Source: an uncultured Syntrophomonadaceae bacterium (GTDB lineage: Bacteria; Bacillota; Dethiobacteria; DTU022). From it: DNA of 64,000 nucleotides. Positions within the stretch are counted from its first letter, which is position 1; every line of letters starts with the position of its first letter. The translations under genes and the position numbers were made by a program. Shown in pieces: positions 46,317 to 57,345 of this stretch. Under the pieces are notes generated by a model, which was given only the letters and a program-made list of their open reading frames with translations, did no database searches and was not told the origin of the DNA. The stretch spans positions 4,256-68,255 of the forward strand of contig CAYXBB010000005.1 of the NCBI GenBank assembly GCA_964463285.1, in the 5' to 3' direction.

Positions 46317-48506
46317 ATGAGAGCAGAGGGGACAACCTTAGCCCCAAAGGCTGCCTTTCCATCTACGGAATGCGGAAGGGAACGCGTATTTGGCCTGAAA
46401 ACACTTTCCCGGAGGGGACAGGCTCTATTTACAGCCGGCGCCATCCTGCTGGCGGTGGCAGGATTCACGCTGGGAAGAGCCTCGGTGTTAAGCGAAATAG
46501 CGCCGTTTGGAGCCGCTTTCTGGTTGGTGGCGTTGCGGGAAATGCCGCCACTGAGCATATTGGTAGCCGTTTCTGTTCTGGCAGGCCGGGCAAGTGTAGA
46601 TGGAATCTGGCCGGCAGCTTACCTCCTGGTGGCAATGGCAGCAGTGTGGCTGTTGGAAGGACTCTGCTTACGCCTGTTCAAACGCCGCTGCCCCCTGTTA
46701 ATTTCGGCGGCAATGTTAATGGTGATTAGCCGGGTAGGAAATTTTATTGATTTAAAAGCACCTTATTCTATTGAGTCGGTATTTTTGGGTCTGGAGGTGT
46801 TAACAGGTTGTCTGGCAGCAGCAGTTCTGGTGCCAGGAATGCGACTCCTTTATCACCTCCCCCGGAGCCGCGACCGGCCGGTGAGGGCATTACCGGAAGA
46901 GGCAACCGCCATTTTATTTCTCTGCGTACTAATCCTGACGGGGTTAAGGGGGTTTACTGTCGGCAGCCTGTCCGTAGAGGCTGTGGTTTCCCTGGTAAGC
47001 CTTATGATAATTGCTTATCTGTTAGGAGCAGTCGGAGGATCCGCTATTGGGATAATAACCGGGACAACTCTAGGGTTGGGAAACCCTGACATCTATGTCA
47101 TCTTAGGGTCCCTCTCCTTTAGCGGCTTCTGGGCGGGCTTGCTGAAATCTTATGGTCGATGGGGCTGTGCGCTCGGGTTTCTATTTTCCGTGCCTCTGTT
47201 GTATTTGCTTGCTCCGGGGGATCTGCCGGGGATTTACTGGAAAGAAAGCCTGCTCTCTCTGGTTATATTCTTGGTGATACCATCCCGTTATCTTCAGAAG
47301 CTGTCGCTTCAGCTCCAGAGGTTGGGCTTAAGCAAATATGGGGGGTCGGAAGAGGAATGCCGCCGGCCGGTGGCCCGGCGGATTAACCGGGTGATCAGTC
47401 TGTTCAGGGATCTTTCCTCGGGCTTAAACCAGCCGGAGGAGATAGAAAACCGTCAGGAGCAAGAGCCTTATTTCCTGCTGGAAGACTTGATGGACCGGGT
47501 TTGCCGATCTTGCCTGTTTAAAAGGAGGTGCTGGGAGAAAGATCTCTTCAGTCACCACCGGCTTATACTGGATCTTCTGGTCAGGGCAGAAACCGAGGGG
47601 GAGGTAACGGAGGCCCATCTGCCCCCTACCTTCCGGGAGAGATGCCATCAGCCGGAGGTCCTGGTAAAAGCCATCAATAACTTGCAGGAGGTGTGGCAAC
47701 TAAACCGGCACTGGGAGCAAAAGGTTAAGGAAGGGAAAAAGCTGGTTTCTAGCCAGCTGGAGGGGCTGGCCCAGGTCATGGAAGAGCTGATCTGGGAAAT
47801 AGAACAGGAACCGCTATTGCCCGAAGAGGGTGAGCAGGCTCCCTCCTTTAACTTAGAACTGGGCTTGGCTCAAAAAGCCGGGCGGAACCAACAAGTCTGT
47901 GGTGACTATTATAGCCTGGTTGAGCTGGATACCTTCAGGCAAGCGATTATCCTGGGCGACGGCATGGGAAACGGTTCCCAGGCAGCAGAGGATAGCAGGT
48001 CTGCGGTGGAGATGTTAGAAAAGCTCCTGGAGGCAGGGCTTCCCACCGAAACAGTCTTGCGCACCGCCAATTCTTTGCTGCAGTTGCGCTCCCGGGAGAG
48101 TTTCGTGGCTATGGAGATGGCCTTAATTGACCTCCGGAAGGGAGAGGCGGAACTCCTGAAAATAGGAGCGGCCCCCGGGTTTCTTATCAGGGGAAAAGAA
48201 ATTCTTCAACTGGGGGCCTCATCTCTCCCGTTAGGAATACTATCCAGCATCGAGGCTGAACGGCACCTGATTCGACTTCCGCCTACGGATCTGTTGGTGA
48301 TAACCACCGATGGGGTGGCCGATCCCGATGGAGAGAGCACCTGGTTATTACCCTTTCTCCGGAAATGGGAAAGCTGTCCCCCTCAGGTAATTGCAGACCG
48401 TATCCTGGAAGAGACTCTGCGCCGGTGCGGTGGTTTCCTGCGAGATGACCTAACGGTGGTTACCTGCCGGCTGGTGCGGTTAACCGGTAATAGCGCCTTG
48501 GTCTAG
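46317..48506 (+). CDS. spoIIE: Stage II sporulation protein E (10-TM domain + PP2C phosphatase)
   Basis: N-terminal polytopic membrane domain. C-terminal PP2C motif GDGMGNGSQAAEDS. Confidence 0.9.
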   Translation: MRAEGTTLAPKAAFPSTECGRERVFGLKTLSRRGQALFTAGAILLAVAGFTLGRASVLSEIAPFGAAFWLVALREMPPLSILVAVSVLAGRASVDGIWPAAYLLVAMAAVWLLEGLCLRLFKRRCPLLISAAMLMVISRVGNFIDLKAPYSIESVFLGLEVLTGCLAAAVLVPGMRLLYHLPRSRDRPVRALPEEATAILFLCVLILTGLRGFTVGSLSVEAVVSLVSLMIIAYLLGAVGGSAIGIITGTTLGLGNPDIYVILGSLSFSGFWAGLLKSYGRWGCALGFLFSVPLLYLLAPGDLPGIYWKESLLSLVIFLVIPSRYLQKLSLQLQRLGLSKYGGSEEECRRPVARRINRVISLFRDLSSGLNQPEEIENRQEQEPYFLLEDLMDRVCRSCLFKRRCWEKDLFSHHRLILDLLVRAETEGEVTEAHLPPTFRERCHQPEVLVKAINNLQEVWQLNRHWEQKVKEGKKLVSSQLEGLAQVMEELIWEIEQEPLLPEEGEQAPSFNLELGLAQKAGRNQQVCGDYYSLVELDTFRQAIILGDGMGNGSQAAEDSRSAVEMLEKLLEAGLPTETVLRTANSLLQLRSRESFVAMEMALIDLRKGEAELLKIGAAPGFLIRGKEILQLGASSLPLGILSSIEAERHLIRLPPTDLLVITTDGVADPDGESTWLLPFLRKWESCPPQVIADRILEETLRRCGGFLRDDLTVVTCRLVRLTGNSALV

Positions 48507-48545
48507 AGAACACCCGTAAGGGGCAATTAGCAGCTGCTAGAGTTC

Positions 48546-48577
48546 CGGCAACCTGAAATTATACAGGTTGCTTTTTT
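48546..48577 (+). terminator. Strong intrinsic terminator GCAACCTG-N8-CAGGTTGC-T8
   Basis: After the spoIIE stop. Confidence 0.85.
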
Positions 48578-48591
48578 TTATCTGTGCAAGG

Positions 48592-48668
48592 TAGGGGACA
48601 GACCTGCAAACTTAGGTCTGTCATTAGAACAAGGTATGGGGACAGACCTGCAAACTTAGGTCTGTCCC
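48592..48668. repeat. Two tandem copies of a 29-32-nt palindromic element, GGGGACAGACCT-gcaaactt-AGGTCTGTC(CCC), 15 nt apart
   Basis: Copy 1 at 48592-48620 (9-bp stem). Copy 2 at 48637-48668 (12-bp perfect stem). Lies between the spoIIE terminator and the tilS RBS. Confidence 0.8.
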
Positions 48669-48710
48669 CGGGGATAATATGGTAAAATAATTAATGAGGG
48701 GGGGATTTGA

Positions 48711-50120
48711 TTGCTGGCCGAAAATGTGGAAGCATATATTAATCAGCATCACTTGCTTGCTACCGGGGACCGGGTGCTGGTGGCAGTGTCCGGCGGACCG
48801 GATTCATTGGCATTACTTCATTTATTGCGCAACCTGGCCTCCCGGTTCAAGATTGAACTGGCGGTAGCCATCCTGGATCACCGTTTTCGGCCGGAGGCCC
48901 TCCGGGAAGCGCTGGCAGTGGGAAGGCTGGCCAGGCGCTGGGGACTTACTTTTTTTGGGACTTCCCTGGATGTTCCCTATCTGCGTCAAAAATGGAGGGT
49001 TTCTTCTCAGGAAGCTGCCCGAAAAGCCCGCTATCAGTTTCTGTTGTCTTCTGCCGGCAAGTGGGGAGCCGGTAAAATTGCTCTAGGGCACCAGCTTGAC
49101 GATCAGGTAGAAACAGTATTGCTTAATTTTTTACGGGGGACCGGTGTAGATGGATTGAGCGGCATGGCCCCTAAGCGCCGCTTGGGGAAGTGTATGCTAA
49201 TTCGCCCCTTGCTGGGAGTTACCCGTAAACAGATCGATGAATATTGTCGGGATCACCGGCTGCAACCATTTAAGGATCCCAGCAATTTAACCGCGGTCTA
49301 TACCCGCAATAAAATCAGATTGGAACTAATTCCTTATTTGCAGGAAAATTATAACCCCCGGCTGCGAGAAGCCCTGATCCGGTTATCCCAGCTGGCAGCC
49401 GCTGATCGGGAATTTTTGTGGCAGGCTGCAACCCGGGAGCTTCGCAAGGCTTCCTGCCAGCGAGGGGACGCACTGATTCTTGATGCCCGCCATCTGCATA
49501 AGCTGCCGGCAGCACTTAAGGGTAGGGTGAGCAGGCTGGCGTTATTTAAAATAACCCCACCGGGAGAGGTGGGTTTGAAACAAGTTCAACAGCTAATTGA
49601 TCTCTGTCACAGTGGTGTGACGACGGCCGAGCTACATACCCCCGGTGGGGGCCGGGTCTATCGTTCCGGCAACCAGTTGATATTTACTTCTGCTCCGGCA
49701 ACCGAACCGGCAGTGGTGGCTACCCGGGTAAATATTCCCGGGGAAACCGCTTTGCCCTGGGCTAACGGGAAAATAGTTTCCCGGCTAACGACTGTGGATA
49801 AACTTAGTTGGCCCCCTTCCTGCCGGGAGGCCTACCTGGATCTAAGGCGGATCCCGGAAACGCTTTGGGTACAAACCCGTTGGCCGGGGGCGCGGTTTCA
49901 TCCCCAAGGGGCGATAGGCAGCAAGAAATTAAAAGATTTTTTTATCGATCAGAAAATCCCCCGGCACTTAAGAAATTGCTGGCCCCTGGTAGTGGCCGGG
50001 GAGAAAATATTATGGGTGGTTGGCAAGAGGATTGGGCACCCTTATCGGATTACGGCAGATACTACCGAAGTGGTGGTTTTAAAGTTTATACCTTTATCTG
50101 AGGGACGGCGATCCCTGTAA
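48711..50120 (+). CDS. tilS: tRNA(Ile)-lysidine synthase
   Basis: SGGPDS PP-loop. TTG start. Confidence 0.9.
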   Translation: MLAENVEAYINQHHLLATGDRVLVAVSGGPDSLALLHLLRNLASRFKIELAVAILDHRFRPEALREALAVGRLARRWGLTFFGTSLDVPYLRQKWRVSSQEAARKARYQFLLSSAGKWGAGKIALGHQLDDQVETVLLNFLRGTGVDGLSGMAPKRRLGKCMLIRPLLGVTRKQIDEYCRDHRLQPFKDPSNLTAVYTRNKIRLELIPYLQENYNPRLREALIRLSQLAAADREFLWQAATRELRKASCQRGDALILDARHLHKLPAALKGRVSRLALFKITPPGEVGLKQVQQLIDLCHSGVTTAELHTPGGGRVYRSGNQLIFTSAPATEPAVVATRVNIPGETALPWANGKIVSRLTTVDKLSWPPSCREAYLDLRRIPETLWVQTRWPGARFHPQGAIGSKKLKDFFIDQKIPRHLRNCWPLVVAGEKILWVVGKRIGHPYRITADTTEVVVLKFIPLSEGRRSL

Positions 50121-50206
50121 AGAGTGCAGCTGGTTAAGCCATGGCCGGATCATTTGCGTTGTAAGCAAAAATTACCAGGAAAAGTTAAATAACGGGAGGG
50201 GAAAAG

Positions 50207-50743
50207 GTGAAAGGCATGTTAGAAATACTTTTATCCCGAGATCAAATTGCCGCCCGGGTAGGCGATCTGGCGGGACAGATCTGTAAAGATTATCAAAAAA
50301 GCAGGCCGGTACTGGTTTGCATTTTAAAAGGGGCGATAATTTTTTTAAGTGATCTTATGCGCAAGCTGACCCTACCGGTGGAGATAGATTTTATGGCGGT
50401 GTCCAGTTACGGGCAATTCACCTCCTCTTCGGGGGTAGTCCGCATTTTAAAAGACTTGGATCAAAATATCGGAAACAGGGATGTATTGGTAGTAGAAGAT
50501 ATTATTGATACCGGTTTGACTCTCAATTATTTGTGTGAAAATATTTTACAGCGCAGACCTCGGTCGCTAAAGGTAGTAACTTTACTTGATAAACCGGAGC
50601 GTCGAAAGGTTGATTTTAAGCCGGATTACCTGGGATTTTCCATCCCCGATTACTTTGTAGTGGGTTATGGGTTAGATTTTAATGAACGTTATCGCCACCT
50701 TCCTGATATCTGTATTTTGAAGCGCTCATCATTGCCGGATTAA
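50207..50743 (+). CDS. hpt: Hypoxanthine phosphoribosyltransferase
   Basis: PRT motif VLVVEDIIDTGLT. Confidence 0.95.
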   Translation: MKGMLEILLSRDQIAARVGDLAGQICKDYQKSRPVLVCILKGAIIFLSDLMRKLTLPVEIDFMAVSSYGQFTSSSGVVRILKDLDQNIGNRDVLVVEDIIDTGLTLNYLCENILQRRPRSLKVVTLLDKPERRKVDFKPDYLGFSIPDYFVVGYGLDFNERYRHLPDICILKRSSLPD

Positions 50744-50862
50744 TTTTTAGACCGGTGATTTGCCGAACTATTTTGGTGTTTTAAAAGGGCTGCTTTGTTG
50801 TATATAAGGAAGGTGTATGTTAAAATGGGAACATCGCCAGCCTACTGGAGAGGAGGCCTATT

Positions 50863-52833
50863 TTGAATAATTTTTTGAGGCAGATCACATTTTATTTGGC
50901 CATTGTACTGGTTGCTATTATCCTCCTCACTACGCTATTTAACAACAGCGAGAAGCTTCCGGAGGAAATTGAATACAACGCTTTCATTCAGCAGATTAAC
51001 CGGGATCAGGTGGAAGAGGTTACCATGTTTGGCGGAGAGGAAATTGTGGCGGTTTTAAAAGACGGTCAGACTGTTAAAACTGTGCGTCCTCCCGATCACG
51101 ACCTTACCCCCCTGCTGTTAGAGAAAAATATACCCCTTAAGACTCCGCCCAAACAGGGACCCAAATGGTGGCAGAGTGCCTTTACCTACCTGATACCATT
51201 TTTAATGCTTTTTGGGATATTCTTCTTTTTCATGCAGCAAAGCCAAGGTGGTGGGAACCGGGTGCTTAATTTCGGAAAAAGCCGGGCCCGCCTCCATCAC
51301 GAAGGTAGCCGGCGCAAGGTAACTTTTGAAGATGTAGCCGGAGCAGACGAAGAGAAGGCCGAGCTGGAAGAGGTAGTAGATTTTTTGAAGGAACCAAAAA
51401 AGTTTATCGAACTAGGAGCCCGCATTCCAAAAGGGATCCTGCTGGTAGGCCCTCCCGGGACCGGAAAAACCTTGCTGGCCCGGGCGGTGGCCGGGGAGGC
51501 AGGGGTGCCGTTTTTCAGTATCAGCGGCTCCGATTTTGTGGAAATGTTTGTAGGGGTAGGGGCCTCCCGGGTGCGGGATTTGTTTGAAAACGCTAAAAAA
51601 AATTCTCCCTGCATTGTATTCATAGATGAGATCGATGCTGTGGGCCGCCAGCGAGGAGCGGGATTGGGAGGGGGACACGATGAGCGGGAACAAACCCTTA
51701 ACCAGTTGCTGGTGGAGATGGATGGGTTCGATGTAAATGAAGGCATCATTATTTTGGCGGCCACTAACCGACCGGATATCCTGGATCCGGCACTGCTCCG
51801 TCCGGGGCGGTTCGACCGGCAGGTTACGGTTAATTTTCCAGATGTAAAGGGGCGGGAAGAGATACTAAAGGTGCATTCCCGAAATAAGCCTATAAATCAA
51901 GAGGTTGACTTAAAAGTGGTAGCCCGCCGGACCCCCGGTTTTACCGGGGCGGATCTGGAGAATGTAATGAATGAAGCAGCCTTGCTTACAGCCCGCCGCA
52001 ACGGCAAAAAAGTAGGCATGCAGGATCTGGAGGAAGCCATTGACCGGGTTATTGCCGGTACAGAGAAAAGAAGCCGGGTAATCAGTGAATTTGAAAAGAA
52101 AATCGTCGCCTACCATGAGGCAGGTCATGCTCTGGTGGGCTATCTGCTTCCCAATACCGATCTGGTGCATAAGGTGTCTATTATCCCCCGGGGGAGGGCG
52201 GGGGGCTACACCCTGATGCTCCCTGAAGAGGATCGTTATTATATGACCAAATCGGAGTTGCTGGACAGAGTGAGTACTTTGCTGGCAGGGAGGGTTGCGG
52301 AACAACTGGTGCTTAATGAGGTAAGCACCGGCGCCCAAAACGATCTGGAAAGAGCCACCTCCATAGTTCGGCAAATGATCATGGAATACGGGATGAGCGA
52401 TGCATTGGGCCCGATTACCTTCGGCAAAAAACACGATCAGGTGTTTTTAGGACGGGATTTGGCCCGGGATCGAGATTTTAGCGAAGAGGTAGCCAAGGCC
52501 ATTGATAAAGAGATCCGAGATACGGTGGATCGCTGTTATCAACGGGCTTACGAAGTATTAAGTAACCACCGTGAGAAGCTGGAACTAATCGCCCAGGCCC
52601 TTTTGGAGCAGGAAACCCTAAATGCCGAGGAAATCTCAGCCCTGATGGAAGGGAAAAGCCTGGGTAAACCAACGGAAAATAAATTTCCCCCCGCTCAGGA
52701 ACAACCGGATGCTGAAGAGACGGCATCGAAAAAACCCCGGGTTAGGGGTCAGAAGACTTTGCCAAACACGAGCGTCGATGTGGGGGTTTCTTTTTGCTCC
52801 GGAGAGGACAGCACCTCTCCGGAGGAAAGCTAA
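50863..52833 (+). CDS. ftsH: ATP-dependent zinc metalloprotease FtsH
   Basis: GPPGTGKT Walker A. HEAGH zinc motif. TTG start. Confidence 0.95.
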   Translation: MNNFLRQITFYLAIVLVAIILLTTLFNNSEKLPEEIEYNAFIQQINRDQVEEVTMFGGEEIVAVLKDGQTVKTVRPPDHDLTPLLLEKNIPLKTPPKQGPKWWQSAFTYLIPFLMLFGIFFFFMQQSQGGGNRVLNFGKSRARLHHEGSRRKVTFEDVAGADEEKAELEEVVDFLKEPKKFIELGARIPKGILLVGPPGTGKTLLARAVAGEAGVPFFSISGSDFVEMFVGVGASRVRDLFENAKKNSPCIVFIDEIDAVGRQRGAGLGGGHDEREQTLNQLLVEMDGFDVNEGIIILAATNRPDILDPALLRPGRFDRQVTVNFPDVKGREEILKVHSRNKPINQEVDLKVVARRTPGFTGADLENVMNEAALLTARRNGKKVGMQDLEEAIDRVIAGTEKRSRVISEFEKKIVAYHEAGHALVGYLLPNTDLVHKVSIIPRGRAGGYTLMLPEEDRYYMTKSELLDRVSTLLAGRVAEQLVLNEVSTGAQNDLERATSIVRQMIMEYGMSDALGPITFGKKHDQVFLGRDLARDRDFSEEVAKAIDKEIRDTVDRCYQRAYEVLSNHREKLELIAQALLEQETLNAEEISALMEGKSLGKPTENKFPPAQEQPDAEETASKKPRVRGQKTLPNTSVDVGVSFCSGEDSTSPEES

Positions 52834-52834
52834 A

Positions 52835-52860
52835 GGGAGCAAAAGGCTCCCCCTTTTTTT
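52835..52860 (+). terminator. Intrinsic terminator GGGAGC-aaaag-GCTCCC-CC-T7
   Basis: Directly after the ftsH stop. Confidence 0.8.
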
Positions 52861-53050
52861 AGGTGTTTCCATCGGAGAACCACTGACAGACAAGCAACAG
52901 TATTGAAAAATGAGAAGCAAGGACAAAAATTACGTGAATATCGTAACATGCGCGGCAGGTTTTAGGGAGACCTGTGTAGAATAAATTAACCGCCCCTAGG
53001 GGTAGGAGGTTAATTTTATTTCAATTTTATAATTTAAGGAGGTTCTTGTC

Positions 53051-54823
53051 ATGGCGGGAGTAAATTTAGACCCCACCAAATATCAGGATTGGGAAATAGC
53101 TGAAGCAGCGGAAGAAGGTATGAAGACGGTCTACCAGCTGGCCGATGAGCTGGGGCTAGAGAAAGAAGAGCTGTTGCCGCACGGTCATTATGTAGCTAAG
53201 GTGGATTACAAAAAGGTTTTAGGGAGGCTGGCCGGCCGGCCAAACGGTAAATACATAAACGTTACCGCGATTACCCCTACTCCCTTGGGTGAAGGAAAGT
53301 CCACCACCACCATGGGTTTAACCCAGGGGATGGGCCTGCGGGGCCAAAAGGTATTTGCTACTTTACGCCAACCTTCCGGAGGCCCGACCATGAATGTAAA
53401 AGGGTCTGCGGCCGGGGGCGGGCTTTCCCAGTGTATTCCCCTAACTGCTTTTTCTTTGGGATTAACCGGTGATATTAATGCCGTTATGAACGCCCATAAC
53501 CTGGCCATGGTGGCGGTTACCTCCCGACTGCAACATGAATTTAATGCTAGCGATGCTTTTATGAAACGCCGGGGCCTGGAACGCTTAAACATTGATCCCC
53601 GGAATGTGGAGATGAAATGGATTATAGACTTCTGTGCCCAGGCTTTGAGAAATATTATTATTGGTTTGGGTACAAAAAGAGACGGATTGATGATGGCTTC
53701 GGGGTTTGCCATCGCTGTGTCTTCCGAGGTAATGGCTATTTTGGCCATGGCCAGGGATTTAAAAGACATGAGGGAGCGCATGGGTCGGATAGTGGTAGCC
53801 TATGACAAGCGGGGAAATGCCATTACCACTGAAGACCTGGGAGTAGCCGGCGCTATGACTGCCTGGATGTCGGAAGCGATAAATCCGAACTTGATGCAGA
53901 CCCTGGAGGGCCAGCCGGTATTTGTCCATGCCGGCCCATTTGCCAACATCGCGGTCGGGCAATCCTCCATTATTGCCGACCGGGTAGCTTTAAAATTAGC
54001 GGACTATGTAATAACCGAGTCCGGCTTTGCCGTGGATATCGGGTTTGAGAAATTCTGGAACATCAAATGTCGCGAATCCGGGCTGGTACCAAACTGCGCG
54101 GTAGTAGTGGCTACTATTCGCGCTTTGAAATGCCACGGTGGGGCGCCCTTGCCCCTGCCCGGGCAACCGCTGGATGAAGCCTACACCAGGGAACATTTAG
54201 AATGGGTCGAGAAAGGCTGCGAAAACCTGATCCATCATGTGAATACCATCAAAAAGGCGGGAATCAATCCCGTGGTCTGCATAAACGCATTTCATACCGA
54301 TACCGAGAATGAAATCAAACTGGTTCGCCGCTTGGCCGAAGCGGCCGGGGCCAGGGTAGCGGTTTCCACCCACTGGCAGCAAGGCGGTGAAGGAGCGCTG
54401 GAGCTGGCGGATGCAGTGATCGAGGCCTGTAATGAACCTAACGATTTTAGATTCCTGTATGAGCTGGAGACGCCGTTGCGGAAGAGAGTAGAGCTTATTG
54501 CCCGGGAGGTATATGGTGCCGACGGAGTGGAATATTCACCGGAAGCATTGGATAAAATTAAACGGATGGAACAAGATCCCGAATTCCAGAAGCTGGGGAC
54601 CTGCATGGTTAAAACTCATCTCAGTTTATCCGATGATCCTTTGATCAAAGGGGTACCCAAAGATTGGAACCTGTTTGTGCGTGATGTGCTAACTTACGGC
54701 GGAGCCGGGTTCGTAGTGCCGGTAGCCGGTCAGATTTCGCTGATGCCCGGAACTGCCGCCACTCCGGCATTCATGAAGGTAGATGTGGATGTAGATACCG
54801 GCAAGGTGAAGGGGCTGTTCTAG
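53051..54823 (+). CDS. fhs: Formate--tetrahydrofolate ligase
   Basis: [14 protein letters not shown]-loop. Full-length FTHFS. Confidence 0.95.
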   Translation: MAGVNLDPTKYQDWEIAEAAEEGMKTVYQLADELGLEKEELLPHGHYVAKVDYKKVLGRLAGRPNGKYINVTAITPTPLGEGKSTTTMGLTQGMGLRGQKVFATLRQPSGGPTMNVKGSAAGGGLSQCIPLTAFSLGLTGDINAVMNAHNLAMVAVTSRLQHEFNASDAFMKRRGLERLNIDPRNVEMKWIIDFCAQALRNIIIGLGTKRDGLMMASGFAIAVSSEVMAILAMARDLKDMRERMGRIVVAYDKRGNAITTEDLGVAGAMTAWMSEAINPNLMQTLEGQPVFVHAGPFANIAVGQSSIIADRVALKLADYVITESGFAVDIGFEKFWNIKCRESGLVPNCAVVVATIRALKCHGGAPLPLPGQPLDEAYTREHLEWVEKGCENLIHHVNTIKKAGINPVVCINAFHTDTENEIKLVRRLAEAAGARVAVSTHWQQGGEGALELADAVIEACNEPNDFRFLYELETPLRKRVELIAREVYGADGVEYSPEALDKIKRMEQDPEFQKLGTCMVKTHLSLSDDPLIKGVPKDWNLFVRDVLTYGGAGFVVPVAGQISLMPGTAATPAFMKVDVDVDTGKVKGLF

Positions 54824-54856
54824 TAAGATATAATCGCAATTAATTTGGTTATTTAC

Positions 54857-54888
54857 AGGGCTGTTCCTTTTGGGGCAGCCCTTTCTCG
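54857..54888. terminator. Bidirectional terminator AGGGCTG-N12-CAGCCCT between convergent fhs and folK
   Basis: Perfect 7-bp stem. T-rich flank. Confidence 0.6.
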
Positions 54889-54977
54889 TAGAAGTTGGAA
54901 ATTAGAAGTAGGAGGTCAGGGGCTGGGAAAAGCGGTTGGTACCCGGTTGTTTTGGTTTATTTAAATCCCTATAAATT

Positions 54978-55487
54978 CTAGTTTCTAAATTCCAATTGAA
55001 AACCGGCAGGATGCAAACGTTCACCGATTCCCAGATCCCGGTAGCATTGACGGATCGTCCGGTCGGTTCCGGGAACGATTACATCCGGGGCAATATCCAG
55101 AAGAGGTGCCAGCACAAAGCTCCTGATGAGCATTCGTGGATGAGGCAGCATCAGGGCCGGTGTGTACATAATAATCCGGCCATACATCAAAAGATCCAGG
55201 TCCACGGTACGCGGCCCCCAGCGCCGGCGGCGTTCCCGCCCCAACTCCTGTTCTACCCTCAACAGCCGGCGTAACAGAAGAACCGGTGGTAAAGAGGTTT
55301 GTAGGGAACAGGCAGCATTTAAAAATTGCCCTTGGGGAGGACCTCCTACCGGTTCGGTCTCATAGATCCGGGAGGAAACCATCAAAGAAATGAGCGGATC
55401 CCGGTTCAGCAGCTTTAGAGACTGTTGTAAATAAAAAAGGCGATCACCTATATTGGAACCTAATCCTACATAAGCTATGCCGGGCAA
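54978..55487 (-). CDS. folK: 2-amino-4-hydroxy-6-hydroxymethyldihydropteridine pyrophosphokinase (HPPK)
   Basis: YVGLGSNIGDR...YETEPVGGP...RWGPRTVDLDLL. Confidence 0.9.
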   Translation of the reverse strand: MPGIAYVGLGSNIGDRLFYLQQSLKLLNRDPLISLMVSSRIYETEPVGGPPQGQFLNAACSLQTSLPPVLLLRRLLRVEQELGRERRRRWGPRTVDLDLLMYGRIIMYTPALMLPHPRMLIRSFVLAPLLDIAPDVIVPGTDRTIRQCYRDLGIGERLHPAGFQLEFRN

Positions 55488-55489
55488 GG

Positions 55490-55852
55490 CTAGGTTTTTT
55501 CCCGTCGGCGGGATATTTCAACAAATACACCGCCCCGGATATCGGGTACCGGCGGGTGAGGTTTGCCCACCCTGACGGTTACCTCCCCTAGTCCCGGCAG
55601 GGACAACAGTTTTTCGGCAATACGTTGGGCCAGAGTCTCCAGCAGTAAATACCTGCTTCCCTGGATAACCTCTCGGGCGGTGTCTACCGCCAGCCGGTAA
55701 TCCAGAGCGTTTTCTAAAGAATCGCTCTCTAAATCCGGCAGCTTCACTCCCAGAATAAGGCTTACTTGAAATTCCTGGCCCAGTTCCTGCTCGGAGGGGA
55801 ATACTCCATGATAGCCATATACTGAAATATTGTTGATAATTATTCTGTCCAT
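55490..55852 (-). CDS. folB: Dihydroneopterin aldolase
   Basis: VYGYHGVFPSEQELGQEF motif. Confidence 0.9.
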   Translation of the reverse strand: MDRIIINNISVYGYHGVFPSEQELGQEFQVSLILGVKLPDLESDSLENALDYRLAVDTAREVIQGSRYLLLETLAQRIAEKLLSLPGLGEVTVRVGKPHPPVPDIRGGVFVEISRRREKT

Positions 55853-55859
55853 CCCTATT

Positions 55860-56750
55860 TCACCCCCGCATGATTGCTTCAGTCATTGTTATTACCCGGG
55901 ACATTTCCCGCACATCATGGACCCTGATAATGTCTGCTCCCGAAACCACACCCCAGGTCACGGTAGCAGCGGTTCCTTCTAAACGATCATTTTCCGGCAG
56001 ATTAAGGGTTTTGCCGATCATAGATTTGCGGGATGTTCCCAGCAGCAGGGGATAACCCAACCTTAAAAAAGTCGGCAAGTGGCGCATTACGGTGAGGTTC
56101 TGGGGCAGATTTTTCCCGAACCCGATACCGGGATCAATTATTATGTTATCCGCGGCAACTCCTGCGGCCAGGGCCAGATCGACAGATTGACGTAGTTCCA
56201 ATATCACCTCTGCTATAAGATTCCGGTAATTGGTATGTGTGCGGTTGTGCATCAGGCAGATCGGCACCTTAAAGCCGGCAGCTACTTCCCCCAACCGGGG
56301 ATCTTTTTTTAGTCCCCAGACATCGTTGATCATTTCCACTCCGGCCTGCAGGGCTTTCCTGGCTACTCCGGATTTATAGGTATCAATGGACAGGGGAGTA
56401 TTAAATTGTTGGTCTTTTTTCAAAGCTAGGATAACCGGCATTACCCGGTCTAGCTCTTCTTCTTCCGGTACCGGTTGAAAACCGGGGCGGGTGGATTCGC
56501 CGCCCACATCAATGATATCTGCTCCCTGGGAAACCATCTGTTTGGCCCGGGAGATCGCTTTTTCCAGGGTATTAAATTGGCCTCCATCGGTAAACGAATC
56601 AGGGGTAAGGTTTAAAATTCCCATAATTATGGTTTTGTTGCCCAGGGTAAGCAGGTGATTTCCCAGCCGCAATTTCCTCAGTCGGCGGTGGCCGGGTTGT
56701 TCTGCACGGATCAAAGATGCGGGCAGTAAATTATAGGGGTCTGTATTCAT
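55860..56750 (-). CDS. folP: Dihydropteroate synthase
   Basis: GILNLTPDSFTDGG...DIIDVGGESTRPG. ATG at 56750 (MNTDPY...) with AGGAG RBS. The ORF track's 356-aa version (to 56930) adds a non-conserved Arg-rich N-extension that overlaps the upstream gene. Confidence 0.85.
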   Translation of the reverse strand: MNTDPYNLLPASLIRAEQPGHRRLRKLRLGNHLLTLGNKTIIMGILNLTPDSFTDGGQFNTLEKAISRAKQMVSQGADIIDVGGESTRPGFQPVPEEEELDRVMPVILALKKDQQFNTPLSIDTYKSGVARKALQAGVEMINDVWGLKKDPRLGEVAAGFKVPICLMHNRTHTNYRNLIAEVILELRQSVDLALAAGVAADNIIIDPGIGFGKNLPQNLTVMRHLPTFLRLGYPLLLGTSRKSMIGKTLNLPENDRLEGTAATVTWGVVSGADIIRVHDVREMSRVITMTEAIMRG

Positions 56751-56832
56751 CGGATGCTCCACTCCTGTTTGACAGGTTTTCATGATCCCTGTTTGCCCAG
56801 TTAAACGATTCAAACCGGGGCAGGCCCTACGG

Positions 56833-57345
56833 TCAGTAGCAAATACTATCCTTCTGCGGCATGGAATAATACTTCCGGCAATCTTCCTTGGCCGGGCACT
56901 TGAAACAGAGCCTTGAAAAAAGGTCCGCACAAAAAAGAGCCTTGCTTAAAGGGTGACGATTGTCGCCGACATGATAGTCTTTCCGGTGCTCACGGATGGC
57001 GATTAATATAAGATCAATATCGGTTTGCTGGAAGCCCGAGGCTTCCAGTATAGGACGGGCCAGTTTTGCTCCGGACAGGGCATGGTCAATATTCTCAGTA
57101 TATTCCCGCCAACGACCGATATCATGGAGCAGGCCGGCTGCATAGGCTAACTCTTTGATGATCGGTTGTTCCCCCTGTTCCACCAGCAACAGGTAGGTCA
57201 AGCGGGCTACCGTCAGCAGGTGATCAAAGTCGTGGGTACAAAATACTCGTTTTTCTTCCAGGTGCCGGTTTTTACGCAGATAAAGTTGAAAATCTGGGTG
57301 GTCAATAATCCGCTGTATTTTGTCCATTACGGCGCCGAGCTTCAC
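56833..57345 (-). CDS. HD-domain phosphohydrolase embedded in the folate operon
   Basis: HD motif [13 protein letters not shown]...LLHDIGR. 4-nt overlap with the folE stop. Confidence 0.75.
   Translation of the reverse strand: MKLGAVMDKIQRIIDHPDFQLYLRKNRHLEEKRVFCTHDFDHLLTVARLTYLLLVEQGEQPIIKELAYAAGLLHDIGRWREYTENIDHALSGAKLARPILEASGFQQTDIDLILIAIREHRKDYHVGDNRHPLSKALFCADLFSRLCFKCPAKEDCRKYYSMPQKDSICY

Noticed and set aside
55860-56930. 356-aa FolP with 60-aa N-terminal extension (MRTFFQGS...) as given by the ORF track
   Set aside because: The extension is Arg/Cys-rich and non-conserved. It overlaps the 3' end of the upstream HD gene, while the ATG at 56750 has an SD and starts the canonical FolP sequence.
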